Assembly (NCBI GenBank): GCA_964291235.2
Contig: OZ219816.1
Location: 800,001 to 864,000, forward strand
Direction: 5' to 3'
DNA length: 64,000 bases
DNA from: Vicinamibacteria bacterium
GTDB taxonomy: Bacteria; Acidobacteriota; Vicinamibacteria; Marinacidobacterales; Marinacidobacteraceae
In this document: piece after piece, positions 46,861-58,229 of the stretch
Layout of the letters: the number at the start of each line of letters is the position of its first letter
Numbering within the stretch: the first letter of the stretch is position 1
Notes under the pieces: generated by a model
Database searches by the model: none
Seen by the model: the letters and a program-made list of their open reading frames with translations, nothing else
What the model was told of the DNA's origin: nothing
Translations under genes and position numbers: made by a program

Positions 46861-47337
46861 ATGGACCCCCGGACCGCGCGCGAGCGCCGCCGCGGGCGCG
46901 AACTCGCCGCGCAGATGCTGTCTTCCTGGGAAGCGAATCCCGCATCGCCGCCGTCCATCGTGGCGGGGGTGCGGGATCTCACCCGGGCGAGCGAAAGGCA
47001 CCTGGAGTTCGCGGAAGCGCTCGCGAAAGCCGTCTGGGAGCGGCTCGCCGAGATTGACCGCCGTCTGGACGAGACCACCAAGCCCTACTGGAAGGAGAAC
47101 ATGGGGCGGGTCGAGCGCAGCGTGCTGCGGGTGGCGGTGGCCGAACTGCTCACCGGGAGCGCGCCGCCCCGCGTCGTCCTGAGCGAGGCCATCGAGGTGG
47201 CCCGCCGTTACGCCGGGGAAGACTCCACTTCGTTCGTCCACGCCGTGCTTGACGGGGTCGTCCGCCAACTCGGACCGGCGGGGGCGTCCGCCGCCAGCCC
47301 GGGCGACGACGGCGCCGGGGAAGGACGGGATTCATGA
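46861..47337 (+). CDS. nusB: Transcription antitermination factor NusB
   Basis: [41 protein letters not shown]. Confidence 0.9.
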   Translation: MDPRTARERRRGRELAAQMLSSWEANPASPPSIVAGVRDLTRASERHLEFAEALAKAVWERLAEIDRRLDETTKPYWKENMGRVERSVLRVAVAELLTGSAPPRVVLSEAIEVARRYAGEDSTSFVHAVLDGVVRQLGPAGASAASPGDDGAGEGRDS

Positions 47338-48863
47338 GCGAGACTCCGAAGAGCGCCGAGCCCGCCATGAACCGGGACGAACGGGACCGGCGCCGCAAGC
47401 TGGCGGAGATCGAGAGCCTCGGAGTTTCCGTCTGGCCGAGCCGCTATGCCGCCTCGCACACCCTCGGGCAGGTCTCGGAGTCGTACGGGGACCTTGACGG
47501 GCCCGCGCTCGAGGCCACCCCCGAGGCGGATCGGGCGGTGCGGGTCGCCGGCCGCATCGTGGCGATCCGGTCGTTCGGGAAGGCGGCGTTTCTCCGGATT
47601 TCGGAGGGGGCGGCCACTCTCCAGGCCCACGTGCGCCGCGACGTGCTTGCGGAGCGCGATTTTGCGGTTTCGAAGCGGCTCGACCTTGGAGACTGGGTAG
47701 GGATCGCCGGCCCGGTGTTCCGGACCCGCACCGGAGAACTCACGGTTCGCGCCGACTCCCTGACCTTTCTGGCGAAGGCCCTGCTGCCGCTTCCCGAGAA
47801 GTGGCACGGCCTGACCGATCGGGACACCCGCTACCGCCAGCGCTACCTGGACCTCCTCGGAAATCCCGCTACCCGCGAGGTCTTTCGCCGCCGGGCGGCC
47901 ATGGTCTCGTCCATGCGCCGCTTCATGGACGCCGAGGGTTTTCTGGAGGTCGAGACTCCCATGCTCCAGCCCCTCGCCACCGGGGCGGCGGCGCGGCCCT
48001 TCCAGACCCGGCACCGGGCGCTCGGGATCGACCTCTACCTGAGGGTAGCGCCCGAGCTCTACCTGAAGCGGCTGGTGGTCGGTGGGTTCCCGAGGGTTTA
48101 CGAGATCAACCGCAACTTTCGGAACGAGGGGCTTTCCACCCGCCACAACCCCGAGTTCACCATGCTCGAGTTCTACCGGGCGTTCACCGACTGCGCCGGC
48201 ATGATGGACTTCACCGAGCGTTTGCTGATCGCCGCCGCCGGGGTCGTCCTTGGTGGTGAGCCGGCGATTTTCGGAGACGAGGAGATCGCCTTCGAAAAGC
48301 CTTTCGTGCGCGTCTCGCTCCGCGAGGTCACCGAAGCGGCGCTCCGGGATCGCGGCGTTCGGCTCAGCGGGGACGAGTTGCGCTCGGCGCCGGCGCTGGC
48401 CGACGCCCACCGCCGGCTCGATCTCACGCTGCCTCCCGATGAGAGCGCCGGGAAGCTGCTGGTGAGCCTCTTCGAAGCGCTTGCCGAACGGAGCCTCGTG
48501 CAACCCACCTTCGTGACCGGCTACCCGGTGGAGGTGTCGCCGCTCTCCAAGGCGAGCCCGGAGGAGCCCGGGATCACCGAGCGGTTCGAACTGTTCGCCG
48601 GCGGGCTGGAAATCGCGAACGGGTTTTCGGAACTGAACGATCCCGACGAGCAGGCCGCCCGGTTCGGCGAACAGATGGCGAAGCGGCAGGCCGGCGAAGA
48701 ACACGCCATGGACTGGGATTACATCGAGGCGCTTCGGCACGGCCTGCCGCCGACCGGGGGTTGCGGCGTGGGAGTGGACCGGGTGGCGATGCTGCTCACC
48801 AACTCGGCCGCGATCCGGGACGTCATCCTCTTCCCGCACCTGCGTCCACGCGAGGGAAAGTGA
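47334..48863 (+). CDS. lysS: Lysine--tRNA ligase (class II)
   Basis: RYRQRYLDL, FLEVETP, APELYLKRL, FRNEG...HNPEFT, GLPPTGG.GVGVDR. Confidence 0.98.
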   Translation: MSETPKSAEPAMNRDERDRRRKLAEIESLGVSVWPSRYAASHTLGQVSESYGDLDGPALEATPEADRAVRVAGRIVAIRSFGKAAFLRISEGAATLQAHVRRDVLAERDFAVSKRLDLGDWVGIAGPVFRTRTGELTVRADSLTFLAKALLPLPEKWHGLTDRDTRYRQRYLDLLGNPATREVFRRRAAMVSSMRRFMDAEGFLEVETPMLQPLATGAAARPFQTRHRALGIDLYLRVAPELYLKRLVVGGFPRVYEINRNFRNEGLSTRHNPEFTMLEFYRAFTDCAGMMDFTERLLIAAAGVVLGGEPAIFGDEEIAFEKPFVRVSLREVTEAALRDRGVRLSGDELRSAPALADAHRRLDLTLPPDESAGKLLVSLFEALAERSLVQPTFVTGYPVEVSPLSKASPEEPGITERFELFAGGLEIANGFSELNDPDEQAARFGEQMAKRQAGEEHAMDWDYIEALRHGLPPTGGCGVGVDRVAMLLTNSAAIRDVILFPHLRPREGK

Positions 48864-50146
48864 CCGGGAGCGAAGCCGGGCGGCCGGCCGGCCGCGGTCT
48901 GCTGGCGCGTCTCGGAGGCTCCTTTCCCTTCGAACTCCAGATCGCCGGGCGCTACCTGATGCTCCGCAAGCGGGGCATGTTCATTTCGGTGATCTCGGCG
49001 ATATCCGCGCTCGGGGTGGTCCTCGGGGTCGCGATCCTGCTGGTGGCGCTCGCCATCATGACGGGCTTTCAGGGAGAGCTGCGGGCGCGGATTCTCGGGG
49101 CGCTTTCCCACCTCACGGTGTACAGCCTCTCGGCGGAGGGATTCACCGACCACGCGGACGTGGTCGGGACGATCGAGGGCGTGCCGGGGGTGGAGGCGGC
49201 GGCGCCGGTGCTCTACGGCAAGGCGATCGCCCTCGGCCGGAGGGACGCCCTCGTGACCCTGAAGGGGGTGGACGCGGCCCGGGAACCGGGCGTGAGCGAG
49301 TTCGCCTCCCGGATGACCGCGGGGAGTTTCGCGGATCTTGAAGGCGTGGCGCCGGGGGAGCCGCCGCCGGTGCTCCTTGGGGAGGAACTGGCCATCGCGC
49401 TCGGCGTCGGGGTGGGGGAGACGATCCGGCTCATGGTTCCCGGGGGCCGCCTGACTCCGCTCGGCACCGTCCCGACCACCCGGCGGTTCCGGGTGGCGGG
49501 TTCCTTCCGTCTGGGCCTTTACGACTACGACAACGCCTGGGCGCTCATTCCGCTCGCCGAGGCGCAGCGGCTCACCGGCCGGCCGGGGGAGGCGAGCCAG
49601 GTCGAGGCCCGGGCCACCGACATGTTCGAGGTGCGGGAACTGGAGACCCGCGTCCGGGACACGCTCGGTCCGGGATATTCGGCGCTCAACTGGATCGACC
49701 TCAACACCACTCTCTTTTCGGCTTTCTGGCTCGAAAAGCTCGCCACCGCGCTGTTCGTCAGCTTCATCGTGGGGGTGGCGGCGCTCAACATCGTGGCGGG
49801 ACAGATCGTCACGGTGATCGAAAAGACCCGGGACATCGCCATCCTGCGATCCATGGGGGCCACCCGGCGGAGCATCATGGCGCTCTTCATGGCGCAGGGG
49901 GCCGCGATCGGGGTTCTCGGGACCGGAGTCGGGGCGGCGCTCGGGATCGCCGCCTGCCGGATCCTCGACGGCCGCATCCGGATTCCCGAGGACGTGTACC
50001 AGATCACCGCGGTGCCGTTCACCCTGCTTCCCGGCGATGTGGCGCTCGTCTGCATCTTCGCCCCGCTCGTCTGTTTCCTGGCCACCGTCTATCCGGCGCG
50101 CCGCGCCGCGTCGCTCGTGGTGACCGACGCCCTCCGCTTCCAGTGA
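48860..50146 (+). CDS. lolC: Lipoprotein-releasing ABC permease, LolC/E family
   Basis: IAGRYL, LAIMTGF, EKTRDIAILRSMGA, YPARRAA; GTGA overlap with lysS. Confidence 0.9.
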   Translation: MTGSEAGRPAGRGLLARLGGSFPFELQIAGRYLMLRKRGMFISVISAISALGVVLGVAILLVALAIMTGFQGELRARILGALSHLTVYSLSAEGFTDHADVVGTIEGVPGVEAAAPVLYGKAIALGRRDALVTLKGVDAAREPGVSEFASRMTAGSFADLEGVAPGEPPPVLLGEELAIALGVGVGETIRLMVPGGRLTPLGTVPTTRRFRVAGSFRLGLYDYDNAWALIPLAEAQRLTGRPGEASQVEARATDMFEVRELETRVRDTLGPGYSALNWIDLNTTLFSAFWLEKLATALFVSFIVGVAALNIVAGQIVTVIEKTRDIAILRSMGATRRSIMALFMAQGAAIGVLGTGVGAALGIAACRILDGRIRIPEDVYQITAVPFTLLPGDVALVCIFAPLVCFLATVYPARRAASLVVTDALRFQ

Positions 50147-50826
50147 CCCTCCAGGTGGAAGCCCGCGGGCTCGACAAGACCTTCGCTACCGGCGCCGGGC
50201 GAATCCCGGTGCTCCGCAGTCTGGACATCGATGTCCAGCAGGGCGAGATGGTGGCCATCACCGGCCGCAGCGGGGTGGGGAAGACGACCCTGCTTCACGT
50301 CCTCGGGGCGCTCGACCGGCCGGACGCGGGCTCGATCCGGCTGGCCGGCGAGGAAGTGGCGCAGCTGTCCGAGCGGGAAGCGGCGGCTTTCCGCAACCGC
50401 AACGTGGGGTTCGTGTTCCAGCACCACCGGCTGCTGCCCGAACTGACCGCGGTGGAGAACGCCTCGTTGCCGCTGCGGATCCGGCGGCTGCCCCAGCGCG
50501 CCGCGGAGGCGCGGGCGGCGGAGCTGCTCGGCGAGCTGGGGCTCGGGGAGCGGCTCGGCCACCGCGCGGAGGAACTCAGCGGGGGCGAGCAGCAGCGGGT
50601 GGCGGTGGCCCGGGCGCTCGCTGGCGACCCGGCCCTGTTGATCGCCGACGAGCCCACCGGCAACCTCGACGACGCCGCCAGCGCCCAGTTGCTGGAACTG
50701 CTGTCCGCGCTTCACGCCGCCTACGGGCTCACCGCGGTCATTGCGAGCCACAGTCCCCAGGTCGCGGCGAGCTGCGACCGGGTGTTCCGTATGGAGTCCG
50801 GCGTGCTGCACGACGGCGCGGCCTAG
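50143..50826 (+). CDS. lolD: Lipoprotein-releasing ABC ATP-binding protein
   Basis: GRSGVGKTT, GFVFQHHRLL, LSGGEQQR, ADEPTGNLD. Confidence 0.9.
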   Translation: MTLQVEARGLDKTFATGAGRIPVLRSLDIDVQQGEMVAITGRSGVGKTTLLHVLGALDRPDAGSIRLAGEEVAQLSEREAAAFRNRNVGFVFQHHRLLPELTAVENASLPLRIRRLPQRAAEARAAELLGELGLGERLGHRAEELSGGEQQRVAVARALAGDPALLIADEPTGNLDDAASAQLLELLSALHAAYGLTAVIASHSPQVAASCDRVFRMESGVLHDGAA

Positions 50827-50920
50827 CAGCCGGCCGGTTGGCGGCCGGCGATTCGCGCGACGGGGCGGAATCGGGGCTGCTGCTAAATTGCGACTCGGCG
50901 CGGTCCCGCGCCGAAGATCA

Positions 50921-53371
50921 TTGTTCGAGCGATATACGGAGCGCGCCAAACGGGCCATCTACTTCGCCCGGCACGAGGCGTCCCAGTTGGGCGGCGACGC
51001 CATCGAGCCCGAACACCTGCTGCTCGGACTGCTGCGCGAGCTTCCCGCCGCGGTGGCGGGACGCCTCCACATCTCGCTCGAACGGGTGCGCACCGACGTG
51101 CAGAGCCACGTCCTGCTCCGGGACACGGTCTCCACCTCGGTAGGGATACCGCTCTCGGCGGAATCCAAGCGGGTGCTGGAACACGCCCGCGAAGAGGCGG
51201 ACCGGATGAACCACGAGAGCGTGGGAACCGAGCACCTGCTGCTCGGGGTGCTTCGGGAGCCCGGTTCCGCGGCGGCCGCGATCCTCGCGCGGCAGGGAGT
51301 GCGGGCGCCGGCGGTCCGGGAAGCGATCGCGCTCGACCACGGCCGGAGGAAATCCGGCGCTCGCGCCCGCGAGACTCCGCTCCTCGCCGAGTTCTCCCGC
51401 GACCTCACCCAGGCGGCGGGCGACGGGGCGCTCGACCCGCTCATCGGACGGACGGCGGAGCTGGACCGGGTGATCCAGGTCCTCTGTCGCCGCACCAAGA
51501 ACAACCCGGTCCTCATCGGCGAGCCGGGCATCGGCAAGACCGCGATCGTGGAAGGCCTCGCCAGCCGCATCGCCAGCGGCGATTGCCCCATCTTCCTGGC
51601 CGACCGGCGGATCGTCTCGCTCGACATCTCGCTGGTGGTGGCCGGCACCAAGTACCGGGGCCAATTCGAGGAGCGGCTGAAGGCGATCATCAAGGAGCTC
51701 GAGGAGTCCCCGTCGTTCATCGTGTTCGTGGATGAACTCCACACCCTGGTGGGAGCCGGCTCCGCGGAGGGTTCGCTCGATGCCGCCAACATCCTGAAAC
51801 CGGCCCTCTCCCGCGACGGCATCCAGTGCATCGGAGCCACCACCCCGGCGGAGTTCCGGCGCCACATCGAGCGTGACCGCAGCCTGGAGCGCCGTTTCCA
51901 AGGGGTGGTGGTGAAACCGCCGAGCGACGACGAGACGCTGGTGATCCTGCAAGGTGTCCGGGAACGCTACGAGCGCTACCACCACGTCCGTTACGCCGAG
52001 GATGCGATCGATGCCGCGGTCCGCCAGGCCCAGCGCTACATCACCGATCGCTTCCTGCCCGACAAGTCGGTGGACCTGCTCGACGAGGCCGGATCGCGGG
52101 TGAAGCTGCGGGACAACCGGTATTCGCAGGAGTTCGCCGAGATCCGGAAGCGCATTCAGGACATCCGCAAACGGAAGGACCAGGCGCTCGACAACGACGA
52201 CCTCGAGCGCGCCTCCCTGGCGCAGGATCAGGAAAATGCCGAACGCGAGAGTCTGGCGCTGGTGGAGGGCCGCTGGAAGGCCCGGGACGGTGAGGCGCCG
52301 CTCGTGACCCGGCGTGACGTGGACGAGGTGGTGGCCCACTGGACCGGGATCCCGCTGGGCTCGATCGAGGAAGAGGAGAGCCAGAAACTGCTCCGCATCG
52401 AGGACGTGCTCCACGAGCGCATCGTCGGGCAGGAAGAGGCGGTCGCCACGGTGGCGCGGGCGATCCGGCGGGCGCGGGCCGGGCTCAAGAACCCCGAGCG
52501 GCCCGGCGGGGTGTTCCTCTTCCTCGGTCCGTCCGGGGTGGGCAAGACGGAGGTGGCCCGTTCGCTGGCCGAATTCTTGCTGGGAACGGAACAATCCCTG
52601 CTGCGTTTTGACATGAGCGAGTACATGGAACGGCACTCCGTCTCCCGCTTCATCGGTTCGCCGCCGGGCTATGTCGGACACGAAGAAGGGGGGCATCTCA
52701 CCGAGCAGGTGCGCCGCAACCCCTATTCGGTGCTGCTCCTCGACGAGTTCGAAAAAGCCCATCCCGATGTCTGGAACCTGCTGCTCCAGGTGTTCGAGGA
52801 CGGCCGGCTTACCGATGGGCTCGGAAATACCGTGGATTTCCGGAACTCGATCATCATCATGACTTCCAACCTGGGCGCCCGCCACATCCAGAAGCAGGCA
52901 TCCCTCGGGTTCGCCTCCGCCGAGGCGGGGCACCGGAAGCGGGCGATGCGCGAACTTATCCAGGGGGAGGTCAAGAAGACCTTCAGCCCCGAGTTCATCA
53001 ACCGGCTCGATGCCGTGGTCATCTTCGACATGCTGACCGAGGCAGACCTCACCGAGATCCTGCGGCGCCTGATCGGCCGCATGAATCAGGAACTCCGTGA
53101 CCGGGGACTCACGGTCGAACTCACTCCGGAGGCGGAGGCGTTCCTCGTGCGGGAGACGCTGCGCGACCGTTCCTACGGGGCGCGGCCGCTCCGGCGCGCT
53201 CTTCAGAAATACGTCGAGGATCCCCTCTCGGAAGCGGTGCTCACCGGAGCGGTCGGCCCCGGCGACCCAGTGGAAATTTTCTTGCAGGAGGGGGAACTCG
53301 TCGTCCGCCGGAGCGGCCAGGCGCTCCTCGGAGAAGCCGAGGAATCCCTCGAGGAAGTGGTGGCCGGATGA
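50921..53371 (+). CDS. clpC: ATP-dependent Clp protease ATP-binding subunit
   Basis: TTG start giving [11 protein letters not shown]; double Clp-N; GEPGIGKT; UVR-type linker; GPSGVGKT. Confidence 0.95.
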   Translation: MFERYTERAKRAIYFARHEASQLGGDAIEPEHLLLGLLRELPAAVAGRLHISLERVRTDVQSHVLLRDTVSTSVGIPLSAESKRVLEHAREEADRMNHESVGTEHLLLGVLREPGSAAAAILARQGVRAPAVREAIALDHGRRKSGARARETPLLAEFSRDLTQAAGDGALDPLIGRTAELDRVIQVLCRRTKNNPVLIGEPGIGKTAIVEGLASRIASGDCPIFLADRRIVSLDISLVVAGTKYRGQFEERLKAIIKELEESPSFIVFVDELHTLVGAGSAEGSLDAANILKPALSRDGIQCIGATTPAEFRRHIERDRSLERRFQGVVVKPPSDDETLVILQGVRERYERYHHVRYAEDAIDAAVRQAQRYITDRFLPDKSVDLLDEAGSRVKLRDNRYSQEFAEIRKRIQDIRKRKDQALDNDDLERASLAQDQENAERESLALVEGRWKARDGEAPLVTRRDVDEVVAHWTGIPLGSIEEEESQKLLRIEDVLHERIVGQEEAVATVARAIRRARAGLKNPERPGGVFLFLGPSGVGKTEVARSLAEFLLGTEQSLLRFDMSEYMERHSVSRFIGSPPGYVGHEEGGHLTEQVRRNPYSVLLLDEFEKAHPDVWNLLLQVFEDGRLTDGLGNTVDFRNSIIIMTSNLGARHIQKQASLGFASAEAGHRKRAMRELIQGEVKKTFSPEFINRLDAVVIFDMLTEADLTEILRRLIGRMNQELRDRGLTVELTPEAEAFLVRETLRDRSYGARPLRRALQKYVEDPLSEAVLTGAVGPGDPVEIFLQEGELVVRRSGQALLGEAEESLEEVVAG

Positions 53372-55824
53372 TGGCGATTGGAAGGATGGTGAAAGCCTGG
53401 GCGGTTGCCGGAATGGCGCTGGGCGGATCCGCCTGGGCCGAGGCGCCGGTTCCCACCGGTCCGGCGTCCATCGGGACACAGCAGCCCGAGACCGTGGAGG
53501 CGGTGCTCATCGAGGGCAACGACCTGATCGCCGCCGACGCCTGGCTCGCGCACCTGACCGTGCAGCCGGGCGATCCGGTGGACCGCGAAGCCCTCCGCGC
53601 GGAGTTCCGGACCCTCTGGGACACGGGTTTCGCCGACGACATTCGGCTCGAACTCCGGGACGGGCCCGGAGGCGGGAAGCTGGTGGTCTTCGTGGTCCAC
53701 GAGCGCCCGCGGGTCGCTTCCCTGGAGTTCGTGGGAAGCGAAGAGCTCGACAGCGACGACATCCTCGAGAAGCTGGAAGAAGAGGACTCCCAGATCGGAG
53801 TGGGAGCCCCCTATGACCCCGACCGGGTGGTGCGCGCCCGGGAGATCATCGAGGAGATGCTCGTGGACAAGGGCCGTACCGAGGGTGCGGTGGCGAGCAG
53901 CATCACCGAGAGCGAGAACGGGGTCCAGGTCGTCTTCAACATCAACGACGAGCAGCAGATACGGATTCGCCGGATCCACTTCGAGGGGATCGAGGCGCTC
54001 AACGACTGGCCGCTCCGCTGGGCGATGAAGAAAACCCGGGAAAGCCACCCGCTCGGCGCGCTGCTGGGAGGCTCCACCTACACCGAGGAGCAGTACGCGG
54101 AGGACATCGAAGCCGTGCGCCAGGAGTACCTGAAGCAGGGCTACCTGGACGTCTCGTTCGGTCCGCCGCAGTTCGAATACGAAGATGGCTACTCGCGCCA
54201 GTTCCTGTTCTGGAAGCGCGCCAAGCGCTGGATGGACGTGACGATTCCGGTGGTCGAAGGGGAGCAGTACCGGGTCGGCGAGGTCAGCGTGGAGGGCGCG
54301 GAGGTGTTCCCCGCCGAATTCGTCCGGGCGTTCTTTCCGATCCAGGCCGGCGAGGTGTACGACGAGTCCAAGGTGAACAAGGCGCTCGATTCCCTGCGCG
54401 AGGTTTACGGCGCGCGCGGCTACGTGCAGTTCACCGGCTTTCCGACGTGGCACCGCCGCCCCGAGGAGCGGGTGGTGGACGTTGTCATCAACCTGGCGGA
54501 AGAGGATCAGTTCCTCGTCAACCGGATCGAGTTCCGGGGGAACTCGACCACCAAGGACCGGGTGATTCGCCGCGAGATGTGGCTGAACGAGCAGGACATC
54601 ATGAACATGGAGCTGCTCAAGGCCTCCATCCAGCGGATCAACCAGCTCGGCTACTTCCGGCCCATCGAGCAGCCGATCATCGAGCCGAGTCCCGACGACG
54701 ACTCCAAGCTCGACATCACGCTCGACGTGGTCGAGGAGAACCGCAACCAGCTCACCTTCGGCGCCGGGGTATCCGGGCTCGAGGGGGTGTTCGTGAACGC
54801 GTCCTTCGGGACCACGAACTTCCTGGGACGCGGCGAGACGGCGAACTTCACGGTACAGACCGGAAGCCGCACCCAGAACTACCAGATCGCGATCACGGAC
54901 CCCTATTTCATGGACAAGCCGATCACGCTCGGCTTCGACGTGTTCAGCCGGGTCCTGAAGCTCAGGGAGTTCACCCGCGGCGACCTCGGGGGCCGCATCG
55001 TCTTCGGCGTTCCGCTCGGGCGCTGGTCGCGGGCCTTCCTGAACTACGGGTACTCCGTCATCACCGTCAGCGAGCCGGATCCCGACATCGTCCTGAACCT
55101 CTACGACCTCTACTACAACAGCACCTATCTGGACCCGCGGTTCTACGGATTGTCCGGCGACTTCCAGGAGAGCAAGATCAGCCCGACGTTCGTGTACAAC
55201 ACCGTGGACCACCCCATCTTCCCGAGCACCGGGAGGAAAATGACCGCGTCGTTCGACATTGCCGGCGGGAGACTCGGCGGCAACGTCCACTACCTGAAGC
55301 CGACCCTGGAGCTCGTGCACCACATGCGGGTCATCGGCAACACGTCGCTGGGTTTCCGGGCCATGGGGAGCTACCTGCACGGCTACGGCGGCACCCCGCC
55401 ACCGGAGGGCCAGGAGATCGACATCTTCAACGTCGAACAGACCGGGGTCCCGTACTACAACCGGTTCTTCCTCGGGGGCGAGTACCAGATCCGCGGCTAT
55501 TACATCCGCTCGGTGGGCCCGCGGAATGCGCGCGGCCAACTGCTCGGCGGAGACAAGATGCTGCTGTTCAACGCCGAGTACGCGATCCCGCTGGCCGGCC
55601 CGCTGCGCGCCATCCTCTTTTTCGATGCCGGAAACGCCTTCGCCGAGGAAGACAACTGGAGCCTCTCGATGCTCCAGGACTTCCGCACCTCCACCGGCAT
55701 CGAGATGCGGGTGTTCATCCCGATGCTCAACGTCCCCTTCCGGCTCATATTCGCCTACAATCCCCATCGGGACTACTACCATCGGCCCACGGCCTTCGTG
55801 TTCGGGATCGGAACGACCTTCTAG
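53368..55824 (+). CDS. bamA: Outer membrane protein assembly factor BamA
   Basis: POTRA repeats (GNSTTKDRVIRRE), NFLGRG, FFLGG...IRGY, C-terminal Phe. Confidence 0.95.
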   Translation: MMAIGRMVKAWAVAGMALGGSAWAEAPVPTGPASIGTQQPETVEAVLIEGNDLIAADAWLAHLTVQPGDPVDREALRAEFRTLWDTGFADDIRLELRDGPGGGKLVVFVVHERPRVASLEFVGSEELDSDDILEKLEEEDSQIGVGAPYDPDRVVRAREIIEEMLVDKGRTEGAVASSITESENGVQVVFNINDEQQIRIRRIHFEGIEALNDWPLRWAMKKTRESHPLGALLGGSTYTEEQYAEDIEAVRQEYLKQGYLDVSFGPPQFEYEDGYSRQFLFWKRAKRWMDVTIPVVEGEQYRVGEVSVEGAEVFPAEFVRAFFPIQAGEVYDESKVNKALDSLREVYGARGYVQFTGFPTWHRRPEERVVDVVINLAEEDQFLVNRIEFRGNSTTKDRVIRREMWLNEQDIMNMELLKASIQRINQLGYFRPIEQPIIEPSPDDDSKLDITLDVVEENRNQLTFGAGVSGLEGVFVNASFGTTNFLGRGETANFTVQTGSRTQNYQIAITDPYFMDKPITLGFDVFSRVLKLREFTRGDLGGRIVFGVPLGRWSRAFLNYGYSVITVSEPDPDIVLNLYDLYYNSTYLDPRFYGLSGDFQESKISPTFVYNTVDHPIFPSTGRKMTASFDIAGGRLGGNVHYLKPTLELVHHMRVIGNTSLGFRAMGSYLHGYGGTPPPEGQEIDIFNVEQTGVPYYNRFFLGGEYQIRGYYIRSVGPRNARGQLLGGDKMLLFNAEYAIPLAGPLRAILFFDAGNAFAEEDNWSLSMLQDFRTSTGIEMRVFIPMLNVPFRLIFAYNPHRDYYHRPTAFVFGIGTTF

Positions 55825-55900
55825 CGGCCGCGGGAAAGAGCGCGCGTTCCCCCGATCGAAAAAAGTGTCCGAGCAGAGTTTCAGGGAGTTGACCAACGTC

Positions 55901-56470
55901 ATGAATCGTTTTGCCCGCCGCCTCCGGGGCGGCTATTCGGGAGTGGTGCTGGCCGGCATGTTGCTGGCGGCCCCGGCCGCTCTCGCGGCGCAGACTGCCG
56001 AACCCACGCGGATGGCGGTGATCGACATCGACCGGATCGCCCAGGAGTCGGCGCGGGGACAGGCGATGTTCACCGAACTTCAGGCAGCGCAGGAGGAAAT
56101 CCTCCGCGGCCGCCAGCAGCGCGAACAGGAAATCCGCGACCTCACGAACCGGGCGCAGTCGCAACTGCTGTCGGCCGAGGCGCGCGCCGACCTGACCCGC
56201 GACATCGAGCGCAAGAACACCGACCTGCAGCGCTGGCTGGAGGATCAGCAGCGCTCGTTCAACGACCAGCAGACCACCGGATTCACCGCCCTCGAGGCGG
56301 ACCTCGGCCCGGTTGTGGAAGAACTGGCCCGCGAGCGGAACATCCAGTTGATCCTCCGCGTGACTCCGGGCCTGACCTTCATCATGGATCCCGCACTCGA
56401 CCTCTCCGACGAGGTGATCACGCGGTTCAACGCGCTGAGCGGCGGCGGGGAAGACGGGGAAGACCCGTAA
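55901..56470 (+). CDS. skp: Periplasmic chaperone Skp/OmpH
   Basis: Signal peptide, MAVIDIDRIAQES, coiled coil, DLSDEVI; follows bamA. Confidence 0.88.
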   Translation: MNRFARRLRGGYSGVVLAGMLLAAPAALAAQTAEPTRMAVIDIDRIAQESARGQAMFTELQAAQEEILRGRQQREQEIRDLTNRAQSQLLSAEARADLTRDIERKNTDLQRWLEDQQRSFNDQQTTGFTALEADLGPVVEELARERNIQLILRVTPGLTFIMDPALDLSDEVITRFNALSGGGEDGEDP

Positions 56471-56498
56471 CGAGCGACCCGCCTCCGGCGGGGCCGGG

Positions 56499-56906
56499 AT
56501 GACAAGCAGCGACGGGCCCCGGCCTCTCCTCGACGAGATCGGGGAACCCGAGGGCGGCGTCCCGGTCACGGGGCGGCGTCACCTCCCGGCGGACGAGCCG
56601 TTCTTCGCCGGCCACTTCCCGGGGATGCCCGTCGTTCCCGGGGTCTTCACGCTGGAAGCGCTCGCCGAGTGCGCCCGGCGGTCGCTTCCGGTTGGCGCGA
56701 CGCTTGCGTCTGCGCCCCTCGTGCGATTCCGACGCCGCGTTGACCCCGGAGATACCCTCGAACTCACGGTGACTCCGGCAGGCGGCGAAGGCGCCCGCCG
56801 ACGGTTCGAGGCGGTTGCCTCGGTCGAGGGCCGGACCGCCGTCCAGGCCGTCCTGGAATTCGTCGTCCTGGAGTTGCCGGTCGGGGACCGGACGCCGGAA
56901 CGATGA
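56499..56906 (+). CDS. fabZ: FabZ-like 3-hydroxyacyl-ACP dehydratase
   Basis: EPFFAGHFPGMPVVPGV...EALA, RFRRRVDPGD; N-terminus degenerate. Confidence 0.75.
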   Translation: MTSSDGPRPLLDEIGEPEGGVPVTGRRHLPADEPFFAGHFPGMPVVPGVFTLEALAECARRSLPVGATLASAPLVRFRRRVDPGDTLELTVTPAGGEGARRRFEAVASVEGRTAVQAVLEFVVLELPVGDRTPER

Positions 56907-58225
56907 GTTCGGACTTTCCGGGACTCGGACTTCTGGATCCCGAAGACCGGCCCCGGGCCGCCTCCGCGTCGGAAAAGGGGAGCGGCCGCCGCCCGTCCGG
57001 GGCGCCGCCGTTCCGCCGCTCGCGCCACGCACCTCCGGCCTCGGGCGAGCGCGGGGCGTCCGCCGTTTCCCCGGAATCCGGCCGGATGTTCGCGGGTCTG
57101 AGCCGTGGGGGCACGCTCGATGACCTGACCGGCGTTTCGGTCCGCCGGCGCGCCGCGGTGGCGGGCGCCTCGTCCGCGTTCCACCTGCTGCTGGTGCTGA
57201 TCTTCGTGGGCGGGCTCATTCCGGTCGCGCCATCCGAGCCGCAGCCCGCGGAAGCGGCGGAGGACCCGCTGCTCTACGCCTTCGAGGCGCCGCCGCTCGA
57301 CGAGCCCGAAGCGCTCGCGGTGCCGGTCGAGCCGGTCCCGGCCGACCCGGCTCCGGAGGACGCTCCGGAAGCGCCCGAGGCGCAGCCGGCCCCGCCGCCT
57401 CCGGCGGGCGGTCTGGTGATTCCCGAGGCCCAGATAGCGGCGCCGAACACCGGCTTCCAGAATGACCTGCCTTTCTCGGAAGGGGAGGACGAGGAGTTCT
57501 ACGTAGATCAGGAGATGGGAGAGGAGCTGGCCTCCGAGGACGACCGCAGCGAGACGGCGGAAGCGGCGGAGCCGGAACTCCGGGCGCAGGTTCCGCCGGT
57601 CGAAGAGGCGGCGGCGGCGCCCGCCGAGCCGCCGCCCGAAGTGGCCCTCGACCCGCTTGGCGCCGGGCTCGCCGACGAGCGGCTGTTCTTTGACGCCGAG
57701 GCGTTCCGCCGCCTCATCAACGACCCCGCCGCCGACGTCCGGCGGCTCGGTGACGAACTGGCCATGCGGGAGGCCCGCGCCCAGGCGGAAGCGGAGCGCC
57801 GCAAACAGGGCGCGCCCACCGACATCTGGCGGTTCCTCGAGGGCAAGCGGTTCCGGAATCCGGAGGGGGGGCTCGTCTCCAATCGCAACAACACCCTCTA
57901 CTACGACGACCGCGGCGCCAACCTGGTGCCCTGGATCAGCCGCCTCATCGCGGAGGTGCGCCGCAACTGGTACATCCCCTACGCCGCTTCTTACGACAAC
58001 GGGCACGTGGCCATCGCGATCAGCGTGTTGCGGAGCGGGGACCTCGCCTGGTTGCAGGTGGTTGTCCCTTCCGGGGTGCCCGGCTTCGACAACGCCGCGG
58101 TGGGAGCCCTCCGGGGCGCCCAGCTGCTGCCGTTGCCGGACGACTACCCCGGAGCGGACTTCGAGATCATGCTGGTCTTTTGGTACAACGAACAGCCGTA
58201 CGATCTCTTCGGGACCGAGGGCTAA
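56903..58225 (+). CDS. TonB/TolA-like protein with a TonB C-terminal domain
   Basis: SSAFH helix, Pro/Glu-rich linker, VRRNWYIP...SGVPGFDNAAVGAL...PLPDDYP. Confidence 0.8.
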   Translation: MSSDFPGLGLLDPEDRPRAASASEKGSGRRPSGAPPFRRSRHAPPASGERGASAVSPESGRMFAGLSRGGTLDDLTGVSVRRRAAVAGASSAFHLLLVLIFVGGLIPVAPSEPQPAEAAEDPLLYAFEAPPLDEPEALAVPVEPVPADPAPEDAPEAPEAQPAPPPPAGGLVIPEAQIAAPNTGFQNDLPFSEGEDEEFYVDQEMGEELASEDDRSETAEAAEPELRAQVPPVEEAAAAPAEPPPEVALDPLGAGLADERLFFDAEAFRRLINDPAADVRRLGDELAMREARAQAEAERRKQGAPTDIWRFLEGKRFRNPEGGLVSNRNNTLYYDDRGANLVPWISRLIAEVRRNWYIPYAASYDNGHVAIAISVLRSGDLAWLQVVVPSGVPGFDNAAVGALRGAQLLPLPDDYPGADFEIMLVFWYNEQPYDLFGTEG

Positions 58226-58229
58226 GCGG

